In this document: positions 1 to 9,302 of the stretch, in pieces
Position numbering within the stretch: the stretch's first letter is position 1
How the letters are laid out: the number at the start of each line of letters is the position of its first letter
Source: Methanomicrobiales archaeon
GTDB taxonomy: Archaea > Halobacteriota > Methanomicrobia > Methanomicrobiales > JACTUA01
NCBI GenBank assembly: GCA_015660865.1
Contig: JACTUA010000006.1
Coordinates: forward strand, 87,777 to 151,776
Direction of reading: 5' to 3'
Length of the DNA: 64,000 nucleotides
Notes under the pieces: generated by a model
Seen by the model: only the letters and a program-made list of their open reading frames with translations
Database searches by the model: none
Told to the model about the DNA's origin: nothing
Program-made: the position numbers and the translations under genes

Positions 1-1
1 G

Positions 2-124
2 ACGGATATCTACCACTTAAAAGAGCTCTTCATCTCAGAAGAGGCCATCTTTGTTCGGAGGATGGAGAGGCAGCGGCGGTTCCTCGCAAACCTGCTCCGC
101 ATCCTCCATGAAATCATTTCCTGA
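2..124 (+). CDS. 3' end of an unidentified CDS that starts upstream of the window
   Basis: Frame 2 is open from the window edge and reads ...TDIYHLKELFISEEAIFVRRMERQRRFLANLLRILHEIIS* with TGA at 122-124. It converges on the rhodanese gene. Confidence 0.3.
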   Translation, partial: TDIYHLKELFISEEAIFVRRMERQRRFLANLLRILHEIIS

Positions 125-130
125 AGAGAG

Positions 131-1024
131 CTACCGCGGGTTCTTCCCGGTCACGGTGGGATTGTCGGGGTACATGGACCATTCGGTGAAGGACCCCTCG
201 TAGATCTTCACCTTCGGGAACTTGAGGTAAAACTTGAAGAGGCAGAACTCGTTGGTCGCCTCCCTCCCTGTCCCGCAGGAGCAGATGATATTCTTGTCGG
301 GGGTGATCTTCTTCTCGGCAAGGATGGCCTGTATCTGGTCGTCGGGTTTCAGGAGCTTCTTGTTCCTGTCGTCCATGAGGCTCTTCCAGGGGAGGCTGAC
401 CGCGCCCGGGATATGCCCCGGCTTGATCCAGGGCCCCTGTCCCTCGTACACGGGCGAGGGCCGGGCATCCAGGAGGATGACGTCGGGCCGGTCCTTCATG
501 GCCTTCACCTCGCCGTAATCCGCGATGAATTCGGGTCTGAGCTGGACCCTGAAGTCCGATTCCACGACCTTCGGGAAGGTCTGCGAGAGCGGCCTCCCCT
601 CCTCCTGCCACTTATCGACACCGCCGTCAAGGATGTGGACCTTCCTGTGGCCGTACCGCGCCAGGGTGTAGGCAAGCATCGTCTGCTCGAGGCCGTCGCC
701 GATGAAGGTGGTGCAGGCCGAGAGGGGGCCGGAGCTCGAAGAGACCACCAACGGGAGATCGGGCCGGATGCCCAGCCTCCGGAAGAGGAGCTCGGCCATC
801 TCGGGAGGCAGGAAGATCCCGGGCCTCTCCTTTGCTATCCTGAAATGGTTCTCTTCGACGTAGAGGGCGCCCGGGATATGCCCCCTCAGGTAGTCGTGGA
901 TATTCGGCTGGGAATCGATGATCTGGAGGTTCCTGTCCTTCAGGTGATCCGCGAGCCATCCTGTGGAGACCCACTTCACCTCCCCGTCACCGGACGGGTA
1001 CGGGTATGTCTTTTCCTGCGGCAT
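131..1024 (-). CDS. Thiosulfate/3-mercaptopyruvate sulfurtransferase with tandem rhodanese domains
   Basis: 297 aa with two rhodanese-like halves. The active-site loop CSCGTGREAT lies in the C-terminal domain and HIPGA motifs occur in both halves. Confidence 0.85.
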   Translation of the reverse strand: MPQEKTYPYPSGDGEVKWVSTGWLADHLKDRNLQIIDSQPNIHDYLRGHIPGALYVEENHFRIAKERPGIFLPPEMAELLFRRLGIRPDLPLVVSSSSGPLSACTTFIGDGLEQTMLAYTLARYGHRKVHILDGGVDKWQEEGRPLSQTFPKVVESDFRVQLRPEFIADYGEVKAMKDRPDVILLDARPSPVYEGQGPWIKPGHIPGAVSLPWKSLMDDRNKKLLKPDDQIQAILAEKKITPDKNIICSCGTGREATNEFCLFKFYLKFPKVKIYEGSFTEWSMYPDNPTVTGKNPR

Positions 1025-1103
1025 GACAACTCCTCGTGAGAGGCTTCGGAGTCCGAAACCAGAGAGTGATGGGGGTGGGGGGCAATATGATTTTGGGTTG
1101 GGG

Positions 1104-1193
1104 AGGTTTCAATGAAACCGACCCTGAGCGACCGCAGTCGCGATACAGAGGTTTCAATGAAACCGACCCGGAGCGACCTCTGTCGCGATATGG
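1104..1193 (+). repeat. Two tandem 45-bp units, each with two short hairpins
   Basis: Unit 1 is aggtttcaatgaaaccgaccctgagcgaccgcagtcgcgatacag (1104-1148) and unit 2 is aggtttcaatgaaaccgacccggagcgacctctgtcgcgatatgg (1149-1193). The stems GGTTTC/GAAACC and GCGAC/GTCGC are kept while the second loop differs (cgca vs ctct). Confidence 0.9.
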
Positions 1194-1202
1194 GCCCCGA
1201 TC

Positions 1203-1223
1203 CGACCGGTTGGGAACCGGTCG
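1203..1223 (-). terminator. Perfect 9-bp stem hairpin just downstream of the Lon-like gene
   Basis: The sequence is cgaccggtt-ggg-aaccggtcg and starts about 20 nt after the minus-strand stop at 1242-1244. A terminator role is inferred only. Confidence 0.35.
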
Positions 1224-1241
1224 TGATCTGGCATCGGGTCC

Positions 1242-2174
1242 CTAGCCCGTTGCGGTGGCGATCCTCAGGACGTCATCGATGGTATCGACGTACTGGACCG
1301 GCACCCCGATATTTGCCTCGACATAGGTCTTCGCGTCCACGCTCTTCGGGACCTGCTGGATGACGGTGAAGCCGTAGAGCTGCCTGGTCTGCTGGGTGTA
1401 GAGGAGGAGGTTCGCGTTCGCCCGCGGGAGGAGGAAGAGGGCCTTCCCGGAGTCCTTTGCGGCCTGGGCCTTCTCGACGACCCCGCCGATGGCCCCGACA
1501 TTCCCGTCCTGGTCGATGGTCCCGGTGAGGGTCACGTCCTCACGGAGGGGCTTGTTTTCGACCGCGGAGATGACGAGCAGGGTCATGAGCGCACCTGCAC
1601 TCGGCCCGTCGACGGAAGGGACCTGGCCCGGTGCATTGATGGAGAAGATGACGTCGCTTCCCACGAGGGAGACCCCGGTCCTGTTCTGGGCGACGAAGAC
1701 CGCGGTGTTGGCCGCGTCCTGGAAGACGACCCCCATGAGAGGCTGCGTATCCACGAGGACCCGGCCCTTCCCGGGCTTCACCTCGGCCGTGATGTTCAGC
1801 ATGACCCCCGACTGGACGACCTGTCCCTGGGCATAGGGGCTGTTCCCGTTGTACTGGATCTGCTGGAGGACTGCCGGGCCCTGGAGGACCGCCGACCCGA
1901 CCGGCCCCGTCCCCGACGGGGATACGTTGATGAGGCCGGTCAGCTCCTGGAGCTGGAGCCGGTAGAGGCCGAGCTGGCTCTGGTACCCCCCGATGGTGGC
2001 ATTGTCCCTGTCCACCTGCATGGAGAGGCGTGCGTTCTCGGATTCAAGCATATTCATCTGGCCTGAAAAATCCGTGAGATTTGCCTGGCTTCCCTGTATC
2101 GGGAAGAATGCCAGGTACAGGTTCGCCGCGAGGGAGATGACGAGCAGGATCCCGAGAACCTGGATCGGTTTCAT
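1242..2174 (-). CDS. Membrane-anchored S16 peptidase (Lon C-terminal proteolytic domain)
   Basis: I place the start at the internal Met (MKPIQVLGILLVISLAANLYL, an N-terminal TM helix). It is followed by a coiled-coil-like stretch and then the Lon catalytic signature DGPSAG and GGVVEKAQAAK. The acidic N-terminal extension of the tracked ORF is antisense to mscL and implausible. Confidence 0.7.
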   Translation of the reverse strand: MKPIQVLGILLVISLAANLYLAFFPIQGSQANLTDFSGQMNMLESENARLSMQVDRDNATIGGYQSQLGLYRLQLQELTGLINVSPSGTGPVGSAVLQGPAVLQQIQYNGNSPYAQGQVVQSGVMLNITAEVKPGKGRVLVDTQPLMGVVFQDAANTAVFVAQNRTGVSLVGSDVIFSINAPGQVPSVDGPSAGALMTLLVISAVENKPLREDVTLTGTIDQDGNVGAIGGVVEKAQAAKDSGKALFLLPRANANLLLYTQQTRQLYGFTVIQQVPKSVDAKTYVEANIGVPVQYVDTIDDVLRIATATG

Positions 2175-2330
2175 GATACCAGCGTGAGCAGATGGATTAT
2201 ATACGCTTTCTCTCACCTTGCAAAAGATGAGGCAGAGAGGGCAGGCGCGGGATCGGCCCGTCGTTTCTCCCACCATTCCACAACGGATAAATAGGGGTTT
2301 TCTCCTTCCTTTGTCCGAGGTGTTTTCTGT

Positions 2331-2747
2331 ATGGGTATTGTCTCCGAGTTCAAGGCGTTCGCCATGCGGGGGAGTGTTGTCGACCTCGCCGTGGGTATCA
2401 TCATCGGTATCGCCTTCGGGCAGATCGTCACTTCCTTCGTGAACGATGTCATCATGCCTCCCATCGGTCTCCTGCTGGGGAAAGTGAACTTCTCTGACCT
2501 CTTTATCGATCTCTCGGGAAAGGGGTATGCCAGCCTCGCCGCTGCCAAGGTGGCAGGTGCACCCGTGATCGCCTACGGCGCCTTCATCAACACCATCATC
2601 AACTTCATCATCATCGCCCTCGTCGTCTTCCTCATTGTGCGGATGATTACCCACATGATGAAGAAAGAGGAGAAGGAGGCTCCACCGGCCCCGCCCAGCA
2701 AGGAAGTCCAGCTGCTGACCGAGATCAGGGACTCCCTGAAGAAATAG
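2331..2747 (+). CDS. mscL: Large-conductance mechanosensitive channel
   Basis: 138 aa. The N-terminus [40 protein letters not shown] is the canonical MscL sequence. A second TM helix and a charged C-terminal helix follow. Confidence 0.9.
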   Translation: MGIVSEFKAFAMRGSVVDLAVGIIIGIAFGQIVTSFVNDVIMPPIGLLLGKVNFSDLFIDLSGKGYASLAAAKVAGAPVIAYGAFINTIINFIIIALVVFLIVRMITHMMKKEEKEAPPAPPSKEVQLLTEIRDSLKK

Positions 2748-2879
2748 GAGATCAACCTTTTTCCTGCCGCCATGGAACCGACCCCATTCACCGGCGGGGA
2801 TCGAGAGGGGACCATCAGGTTTTTAACCCATCCCGTGCGTACCCTCCCCGACCATTGACCTGAAGAGGCAGGAGGAAAG

Positions 2880-3287
2880 ATGTCAGAAGAACTGGAGGCA
2901 CAACGCGAGCTCACAGAGGACCTGCTCGCCCGGCTCGTGGATCCGAGGGAGAATGTGCGGGAGACAGCGGCAGAGGCCCTTGCGGTGAGCACCGAGGATG
3001 AGGACTGGAGGCCGGACGACCTGATTCTCGGGGAGGGTATCGGGATCATCACCGACCTCCTCGGAGACAGAAATATTCACATCGTCCGATCGGCGATTGC
3101 GATCATCATCGCCATCGCAACCGCTGGAGAAGAAGAAGCCCTGGTCAGCCACGGGGTGATCGAAAGGCTCGACCGGATACAGGACCATAAAGATCCCCTG
3201 ATCCGGGAGAAGGTCCACGAGGCGCTCTGGCTCCTCACCCCCGAGGTCGAGGACGTGGTGGCGTCAAAGACCCAGGATGAATACTGA
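2880..3287 (+). CDS. HEAT-repeat (PBS-lyase-like) protein
   Basis: 135 aa and acidic. It has repeated D..xVRxxAAEAL-type helical motifs (DPRENVRETAAEALA, DPLIREKVHEALW). Confidence 0.6.
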   Translation: MSEELEAQRELTEDLLARLVDPRENVRETAAEALAVSTEDEDWRPDDLILGEGIGIITDLLGDRNIHIVRSAIAIIIAIATAGEEEALVSHGVIERLDRIQDHKDPLIREKVHEALWLLTPEVEDVVASKTQDEY

Positions 3288-3349
3288 ACCGGTGACGGCG
3301 GATCCCTGACCTTCCGGAGGGAGAAGTCAAAAATCCGGAACCCCCGGGA

Positions 3350-3619
3350 TCAGAGGGTGATCCCGAAGAAGGCGAGGATTATCAGGAGAATCGCCCCGGG
3401 CAGCCCGGCGAGGGCGCAGATGATGACCGTGATCCAGTCAATCCCGATATCGGGTTTCCCTAAATACTGCATCAGGTGGAAGTAGTTGACGGCAAAAAGG
3501 GTCAGGAGCCCGACGATGGAGTTGATCACCAGGTGGCCGATATTCCTGATGACAAAGTACACGACCGCCGCAAAGACAATGATGACCAGGAAGAGGACGA
3601 GAACACCGATCAGATCCAT
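3350..3619 (-). CDS. Small membrane protein of the BofA-like family
   Basis: 89 aa with three hydrophobic helices. The motifs INSIVGLLTLFAVN and ALAGLPGAILLIIL resemble the pro-sigmaK processing inhibitor BofA family. Confidence 0.55.
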   Translation of the reverse strand: MDLIGVLVLFLVIIVFAAVVYFVIRNIGHLVINSIVGLLTLFAVNYFHLMQYLGKPDIGIDWITVIICALAGLPGAILLIILAFFGITL

Positions 3620-3769
3620 AGCTAGCCATACTCTCTGGAGGGTAAAGAGGGTTTCGCTCTCCCTTTCACGATAGCGAAAAAGAAGCCCTTATTGAAAATA
3701 TTTCCTCCGCAATCCTGATATAATGGGTACATGGGGGGAGCCAGCCTGTTTCAGGGAGAAGGGATACGT

Positions 3770-4162
3770 TCACGCGTAGCCGGTGATATCGTAGTCGATC
3801 TCGGTGGACGTGCTGATGCAGTCCTTCCCGTGGACGAGGACCTCGTCCACCGTCCGCTTCAGGATCGCAGGATAGACCGCCCCGACGAGCTCGGTGACCG
3901 GGCGGCCCTGGCAGAAGAACTTAAAGGTCGGGGTACCTTTCACCCCGTAGCGCTCGCCCGTGAAGAGGTTCACCGAGACATCGACGCGGGCGAAGAGGAC
4001 CTTGTCCCGGTATTCCTGGGCGTACTGGGCATAGTAGGGCGCCATGGCACGGCAATGAACGCATGTCGGGGTATAGAACATCACCGCCACAGGCAGCTTC
4101 GCCTTCTCCACCTGGTCATGGAACGTGCGGTCATCGACCTCGATCACAGGGGAACCCTCCAC
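3770..4162 (-). CDS. Thioredoxin
   Basis: 130 aa with a GTG start. It has the CxxC redox motif (TPTCVHCRAM) in a thioredoxin-fold context, followed by GVKGTPTF. Confidence 0.8.
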   Translation of the reverse strand: MEGSPVIEVDDRTFHDQVEKAKLPVAVMFYTPTCVHCRAMAPYYAQYAQEYRDKVLFARVDVSVNLFTGERYGVKGTPTFKFFCQGRPVTELVGAVYPAILKRTVDEVLVHGKDCISTSTEIDYDITGYA

Positions 4163-4332
4163 TGCACCACCCCGGATTACTCCTTGATCCGCGGATCATG
4201 TTATAGTTTCTGGAACCCGGAGCAGACATCGGCCGCCCCGGAGAACAGATGACCCTTTCGGATATTTTTCCCCGGTACATCTTTGAGGACAGGCTCAAAT
4301 TGGTACCCCCGCACGTCAGCCGGTGCTCCGGT

Positions 4333-4401
4333 CTTATATATAGAATTGAGAGGTATAACTATATATATAGATATATATATACAGACAGATTGTTTATATA
4401 C
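4333..4401. promoter_or_regulatory. AT-rich divergent promoter region with an alternating-AT tract and TATA boxes
   Basis: The sequences cttatatatag, atatatatagatatatatata (4361-4381) and tttatatac (about 25 nt upstream of ATG 4423) lie between the minus-strand thioredoxin gene and a plus-strand orphan ORF. Confidence 0.4.
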
Positions 4402-4422
4402 TTTCTGTGTGATCTCTCTTTC

Positions 4423-4824
4423 ATGGTGAGGAACACAGGTTGTGAGAACTCGGATGGCTGCAGTGCTGCTGTCCTTGAGCGCATGGTGGTGGACCCGGGG
4501 CCGAAACGGAAGGACACCGGAGAGGGCACCCTCCTTCATTGGTTCGACAGGGAGGAGGATCATGAGTGTCTTCCTCCCGAAACTGGTCCAAAATCGGTAT
4601 CCGGTGAATCGGGAACCTACCCCAGTTTTCAGGTAGGCGGCTGGAAGTTCACTGTGAAGACCTGGGATCTCCATCTCATCGGAGATCTGAAGAACTACAT
4701 CGAGGATATCTCCCATTTCCCGCGGGCAGACGTGAAGTTCACCTCCAGGCTGGTCCGCTGCACCGAACAGGGCAGGCTCGGGGGATGGGCGTGGCAGAAG
4801 GAGCGGGTGCAGATCAGTTCATAA
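4423..4824 (+). CDS. Hypothetical protein (orphan)
   Basis: 133 aa counted from the internal ATG 4423 (MVRNTGCENSDGC...). A TATA-like tttatatac at about -25 suggests a leaderless transcript. Codon third positions are GC-biased like the neighbouring genes, and I recognise no motif. Confidence 0.35.
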   Translation: MVRNTGCENSDGCSAAVLERMVVDPGPKRKDTGEGTLLHWFDREEDHECLPPETGPKSVSGESGTYPSFQVGGWKFTVKTWDLHLIGDLKNYIEDISHFPRADVKFTSRLVRCTEQGRLGGWAWQKERVQISS

Positions 4825-5037
4825 GCATGGCCGGAAACGGGATTGCCATGATAAAGGGAGGTGATGCTGCTGCAGGGGGCGGGCAAAGGCCGCGCAGCTG
4901 GTGGGTCTTTCGCAGGTCCCGGAAGCATCGGCCAGGCAGGATGAGGAAGCCTGGTGAAACCGGGGCACACTGTGTTTTTATCTGGCTGAATGAGTACCTT
5001 CCCGGCGTTTGAGGATAGGGGAGTCCATTCCCCGTCA

Positions 5038-6072
5038 TCAGGTCCCGGGTCCCGTTGCAGGTTCGGGCATCCCCTCGGCCACAAGGTGGTTCATGGTGTT
5101 CTCGCAGATATCCTCGGTGTACTCCCCGATGCGCCGGATAGAGCTGATGACGGCAACGAGGGCAGTGGCGATCTCGCCCTTGTGGTGTTGGGCCATGGTC
5201 TCCATCCCGGCACACCGCTCCTCGAGGGGGGCGGTCATCCCGATGATACGGTGGGAGGCCTCGAGGTCAGCTGCAGAGAAGGCGTCCATGCCCCGGGAGA
5301 AGAGGTCGAGGGCGATATCCATGGACTCCGCGAGGGAGGTCTTCTCCGAGGTCTCGAGCCTCCGTTCCATGAGCTTCTCGGCGTTCTTTGCGATCCTGAC
5401 CCCGTGATCCCCGATCCGCTCGATGATCCGCGAGAGGACGTAGCAGGTCGATGCCGTGCCCGGGGTGATCTTCATGGACCGGCCGAGGTTCGGGTCCGAG
5501 AGGATCAGGTTGTACTGGCGGGCAACGAGCCAGTGGAGCCTGTCCACGTCGTTGTCCCGCTTGATGACATCGGCAGCAAGAGTTTCATTGGTGGCGATAA
5601 GAGCGTTTATGGCGTCCAGGTGCATGGAGCGGACGATGACCGCCATCCGGCTCAGGGTCCGGTCCAGGGGCATCTCCATGGGGTTGAGGAGGTCCTTGAT
5701 GGTGATGGAGGAATCTGTCTCCTCGGATACCTCCTGGCCTATCGTCATCTGGGTGAAATCCCTGACAGCGGTCCTGACAAAGGGCGGCAGCGTGGAGGCC
5801 GACCGGAGCCGGATGACGGAGTAGCCCGCGATATAGGTGGCGATGAGAAGCCTGAAGAGGTAGACCGGGTCCATGTCCCGGGGGACCTCGAAGGTGCGCT
5901 CCCTCCGCGCTTTCTCTTCCGTAAGCTTTGGAGATATGAGGAGGGTCCCGTCGGGCTGTACGAGCACCCCGATGGGGTCGTTCTTCTTGATCTTCTGGGC
6001 CCTGGCCCAGTCCTTGGGGAGGGAGATGATGTACGACGCCCCGCCCGTGACCTGAACCTTCCGCATCTCCAT
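5038..6072 (-). CDS. Phosphate uptake regulator, an AbrB/SpoVT-domain plus PhoU-domain fusion
   Basis: 344 aa. The N-terminus VQVTGGASYIISLPKDWARAQKIKKNDPIGV is an AbrB/SpoVT swapped-hairpin motif. Two PhoU-like helical repeats follow (RDNDVDRLH, ERIGDHGVRIAKN, RRIGEYTEDICEN). The gene is divergent from pstS. Confidence 0.8.
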   Translation of the reverse strand: MEMRKVQVTGGASYIISLPKDWARAQKIKKNDPIGVLVQPDGTLLISPKLTEEKARRERTFEVPRDMDPVYLFRLLIATYIAGYSVIRLRSASTLPPFVRTAVRDFTQMTIGQEVSEETDSSITIKDLLNPMEMPLDRTLSRMAVIVRSMHLDAINALIATNETLAADVIKRDNDVDRLHWLVARQYNLILSDPNLGRSMKITPGTASTCYVLSRIIERIGDHGVRIAKNAEKLMERRLETSEKTSLAESMDIALDLFSRGMDAFSAADLEASHRIIGMTAPLEERCAGMETMAQHHKGEIATALVAVISSIRRIGEYTEDICENTMNHLVAEGMPEPATGPGT

Positions 6073-6099
6073 GCCGACAGCTCCGGGAACTCTTTATAC

Positions 6100-6170
6100 C
6101 TCTATGTATCTATTGGAGATATATATAGATATAGATTTTACATCGGGCATCACTATATAACGAGCCCGCC
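6100..6170. promoter_or_regulatory. Divergent promoter region of the pst locus
   Basis: The AT-rich sequences tctttatacc, atatatatagatata (6119-6133) and cactatataac lie between the minus-strand AbrB-PhoU gene and plus-strand pstS. Confidence 0.4.
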
Positions 6171-6191
6171 GAGTACCTGAGCGGTGACGGA

Positions 6192-7196
6192 ATGGCACCT
6201 TTTCAGAAGCAGCATTGCATCGTAACCCTTCTCGTGGCGGGAGCCCTGCTCCTTGCCATTATTGCCGCGGGTTGCACCGGCGGCGGAGCACCGCAGACCA
6301 CCCCCCAGACGGTAGTGACCACCGGTGCACCGGCCCCGGCGACCACGGTTCCGGCCACAATTCCACCGGTTCAGCCGACGGGAACAATGACACCCTCCCC
6401 AACTGTCAGCCCTGCACCGTCGGGCACGTACGTCGTCCAGCAGATTGCGGGGAAGCTGAGTGTCACCGGTTCGACCACGCTCTTCCCCATCGCCCAGGCA
6501 GCAGCCGACGCCTATATGGAGAAGAACCCCAGGGCTGACATCCTGGTCTCCGGCGGAGGGTCGGGCGTAGGGGTGCAGGCCATCGGGGCGGGCACCACCG
6601 ATATCGGGATGTCCTCCCGGGATATCACCGGTGCCGAGATGGCCAAGTACCCGAGCCTTGTACCAACTGATGTTGCGACCGACGCCGTCGTCCTCATCGT
6701 CAACCCCTCCAACCCGGTGACAGCGCTGACCCTTGACCAGGTCCGGGGGATTTACAACGGCACCTTCCAGGGCTGGAACTCTGTGGGCGGCACCCTCACC
6801 TACCCGGTGGTCATCGGACGGGACAGCGCCTCAGGGACACGGGTCTACTTCAGCGATTTCGTGATGAAGGGCGAGAAGTACAGGTCCGACATGCGGGAGA
6901 TGAACTCGAACGGTGCAGTGGCGCAGACCGTGGCCCAGACCCCGGCGGCCATCGGCTACGTGGGGCTCGGCTTTGTCGATCCCAGCGTCAAGGCCCTGAA
7001 GCTCTACTCGAACGGCCAGGCGATCACCCCGACCGTCACGACAGTCCTCGCCCACCAGTATCCCATCTCCCGGCCCCTGTACATGATCACCCGGGGCCAG
7101 CCGACAGGGCTCGCGAAGGACTACATCGACTTCATCCTCTCCCCTGACGGGCAGAAGATCGTCCAGGACCAGGGCTTCGTGCCCCTCCAGTCCTGA
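6192..7196 (+). CDS. pstS: Phosphate ABC transporter substrate-binding protein
   Basis: 334 aa with a signal/lipobox-like LLAIIAAGCTGG and a Thr/Pro-rich linker. PstS motifs are present (GSTTLFPIAQAAADAYM, VSGGGSGVG, GRDSASGTRVYF, GYVGLGF). Confidence 0.9.
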   Translation: MAPFQKQHCIVTLLVAGALLLAIIAAGCTGGGAPQTTPQTVVTTGAPAPATTVPATIPPVQPTGTMTPSPTVSPAPSGTYVVQQIAGKLSVTGSTTLFPIAQAAADAYMEKNPRADILVSGGGSGVGVQAIGAGTTDIGMSSRDITGAEMAKYPSLVPTDVATDAVVLIVNPSNPVTALTLDQVRGIYNGTFQGWNSVGGTLTYPVVIGRDSASGTRVYFSDFVMKGEKYRSDMREMNSNGAVAQTVAQTPAAIGYVGLGFVDPSVKALKLYSNGQAITPTVTTVLAHQYPISRPLYMITRGQPTGLAKDYIDFILSPDGQKIVQDQGFVPLQS

Positions 7197-7234
7197 ACCT
7201 CACCCTTTCTCGGAGGGATGATCGGAGAGACAGA

Positions 7235-9298
7235 GTGAACCCCCCAGTGTTCATCGGGAGACAATCCACCGGGGATGTATCCCATCCCGGCCCGGATCTG
7301 CAGAGCCCCCAGGCCACCTGCTCTCCTCCCGCCCATCCGGCACCCCTCGGCATACCCGCGTTCCCGCGGCCTTTGAAGAAGGAGGGGGCGATCCAGGCGC
7401 TCCTCCTCCTTGCATCCCTCGCCGCCATCATCTCAGTACTCTTCATCCTCGCCTACCTCTTCCTCGAGGCTTCCCCCATCTTCCCGCTGGCGGGGATCTG
7501 GAACTTCATCACCGGAGGTACCTGGAATCCGACCGGGACCCCGCCGGAGTACGGCACCCTTCCCCTCATCGTTGGCACCATCCTCGTTACTCTCGGCGCC
7601 ATGGTCATCGCCATCCCCCTCTCGCTGGGATGCGCCGTCTTCACCGCCGAGATCGCCTCTTCCCGGATGAGAAGCGTCCTCAAGCCTGCCATCGAGCTCC
7701 TGGCAGGGATCCCGTCCGTTGTGTACGGTTTCTTCGGCCTGGTCATCCTGACAGAGGTCCTCCGGGTCACCTTCAGCCTGGAGTCGGGGCTTACCTGGCT
7801 CGCCGGTTCCATCCTCCTCGCCATCATGGCCCTCCCCACCATCACCTCCGTATCCGAGGATGCCATCAGGGCTGTTCCGCACGAGTTCCGGGAAGGCAGC
7901 CTGGCCGTAGGAGCCACCCGGTGGCAGACCATGAGCCGGGTGGTGATCCCCTCGGCCTTCTCGGGGATCACCGCGGCTGTCATCCTGGGCACGGGGAGAG
8001 CCCTCGGGGAGACGATGGCGGTGCTCATGGTCACGGGGAACGCAGCCATCATCCCCCGTCCCATCACGAACGTCTTCTCCCCCATCCGGACCCTCACCGG
8101 CACCCTGGGGATCGAGATGGGGGAAGTCTCCTCCGGGAGCGCGCATTACCATGCCCTCTTCGGGGTCGCCCTCCTCCTCCTCGCCATCACCCTCCTCGTG
8201 AACATGGTGGCGACGGTGGTCATCGGGAGGATCCGGAGCGGACCCGTGCCGGTTGCCAGGTGCGAGACCGGGAGGAGCGTCCCCTTCCGGAACAGGATCA
8301 CCCGCAGCCTGAGGGGTATCTTCTCATGGCTCCGGCTCCCGGCAACCGTTCTCCTGGGAGGCCTCGTGCTCTTCGCCATCGATCTCTCCGCCGGGCACCT
8401 GGCGGCTGCAGCCATCCTCGCTGCGACTGTCAGTTTCATCCTGCTCCGGAGGAAGGTATCGCCACGAATCGCCGAGAAGATCGCCTTCTCCCTCCTGACC
8501 TGCGCAACCCTCCTCGTGGTTCTCATCCTGGGGGTCATCCTCTGGAATATCGTCGCAAACGGCCTCCCTGCCATCTCCTGGGAATTCCTCACCGGAGTGC
8601 CACGGGACCTGGGGAGGAGCGGGGGGATCTTCCCGGCTATCGTGGGCACCGTGTACCTGGTGGCAGGGGCCATCGGCATGGCCCTTCCTGTCGGTATCGG
8701 TGCCGCCATCTACCTGGTCGAGTACACCCGGGAGGGGCGCCTGGTCAGGCTCGCGAGGACCGGTGTGGACCTCCTGAACGGGACACCCTCCATCGTCTTC
8801 GGCCTCTTCGGCTTCGCATTCCTCGTCCTCTACCTCCGCCTCGGGGTGTCCCTCCTCGCGGGGCAGGTCACCCTGGGGCTCATGGTCCTCCCGACTATCA
8901 TCCGGACCACCGAGGAGGCATTGAAGTGCGTCCCCCAGGGCCTCAGGGAAGGGAGCCTGGCACTCGGCGCAACCGGGTGGCAGACCGTGAGCCGGGTGGT
9001 GCTCCCCCCCGCAATGCCAGGGGTCCTCACCGGCGCCATCCTTGCCATCGGGAGGGCGGCGGGGGAGACCGCCCCCATCATGTTCACCGCGGTAGTGTTC
9101 TCCCAGCGGTTCCTCCCTGCATCCCTCCTCGACCCGGTCATGGCCCTCCCCTACCACCTTTTTATCCTTGCCACGAATGTGCCGGGTGCAAAGACGAACC
9201 AGTACGGCACCGCCCTTGTCCTCCTGGCCCTCGTCATCGGGATCTACAGCATGGCGATCCTCCTGCGGAACCATTACCAGAAGACCGTGAGGTGGTAA
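7235..9298 (+). CDS. pstCA: Phosphate ABC transporter permease with PstC and PstA fused in one ORF
   Basis: 687 aa with no stop between two permease halves. Each half carries the EAA-type loop ([25 protein letters not shown] and [25 protein letters not shown]). The start (GTG 7235) is uncertain. Confidence 0.85.
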   Translation: MNPPVFIGRQSTGDVSHPGPDLQSPQATCSPPAHPAPLGIPAFPRPLKKEGAIQALLLLASLAAIISVLFILAYLFLEASPIFPLAGIWNFITGGTWNPTGTPPEYGTLPLIVGTILVTLGAMVIAIPLSLGCAVFTAEIASSRMRSVLKPAIELLAGIPSVVYGFFGLVILTEVLRVTFSLESGLTWLAGSILLAIMALPTITSVSEDAIRAVPHEFREGSLAVGATRWQTMSRVVIPSAFSGITAAVILGTGRALGETMAVLMVTGNAAIIPRPITNVFSPIRTLTGTLGIEMGEVSSGSAHYHALFGVALLLLAITLLVNMVATVVIGRIRSGPVPVARCETGRSVPFRNRITRSLRGIFSWLRLPATVLLGGLVLFAIDLSAGHLAAAAILAATVSFILLRRKVSPRIAEKIAFSLLTCATLLVVLILGVILWNIVANGLPAISWEFLTGVPRDLGRSGGIFPAIVGTVYLVAGAIGMALPVGIGAAIYLVEYTREGRLVRLARTGVDLLNGTPSIVFGLFGFAFLVLYLRLGVSLLAGQVTLGLMVLPTIIRTTEEALKCVPQGLREGSLALGATGWQTVSRVVLPPAMPGVLTGAILAIGRAAGETAPIMFTAVVFSQRFLPASLLDPVMALPYHLFILATNVPGAKTNQYGTALVLLALVIGIYSMAILLRNHYQKTVRW

Positions 9299-9302
9299 AC
9301 CC

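Noticed and set aside
1104-1193. Are the 45-bp units, which contain GTTTCAATGAAAC, a degenerate CRISPR remnant?
   Set aside because: There are only two contiguous units with no spacer between them. A homolog is nested inside the TIR element at 55031-55079, which fits an intergenic repeat family better.
4201-4716. A 171-aa minus-strand ORF crosses the thioredoxin upstream region.
   Set aside because: It reads straight through the alternating-AT promoter tract (..VCIYISIYIVIPLN..) and overlaps the better-supported plus-strand candidate. It is likely spurious.
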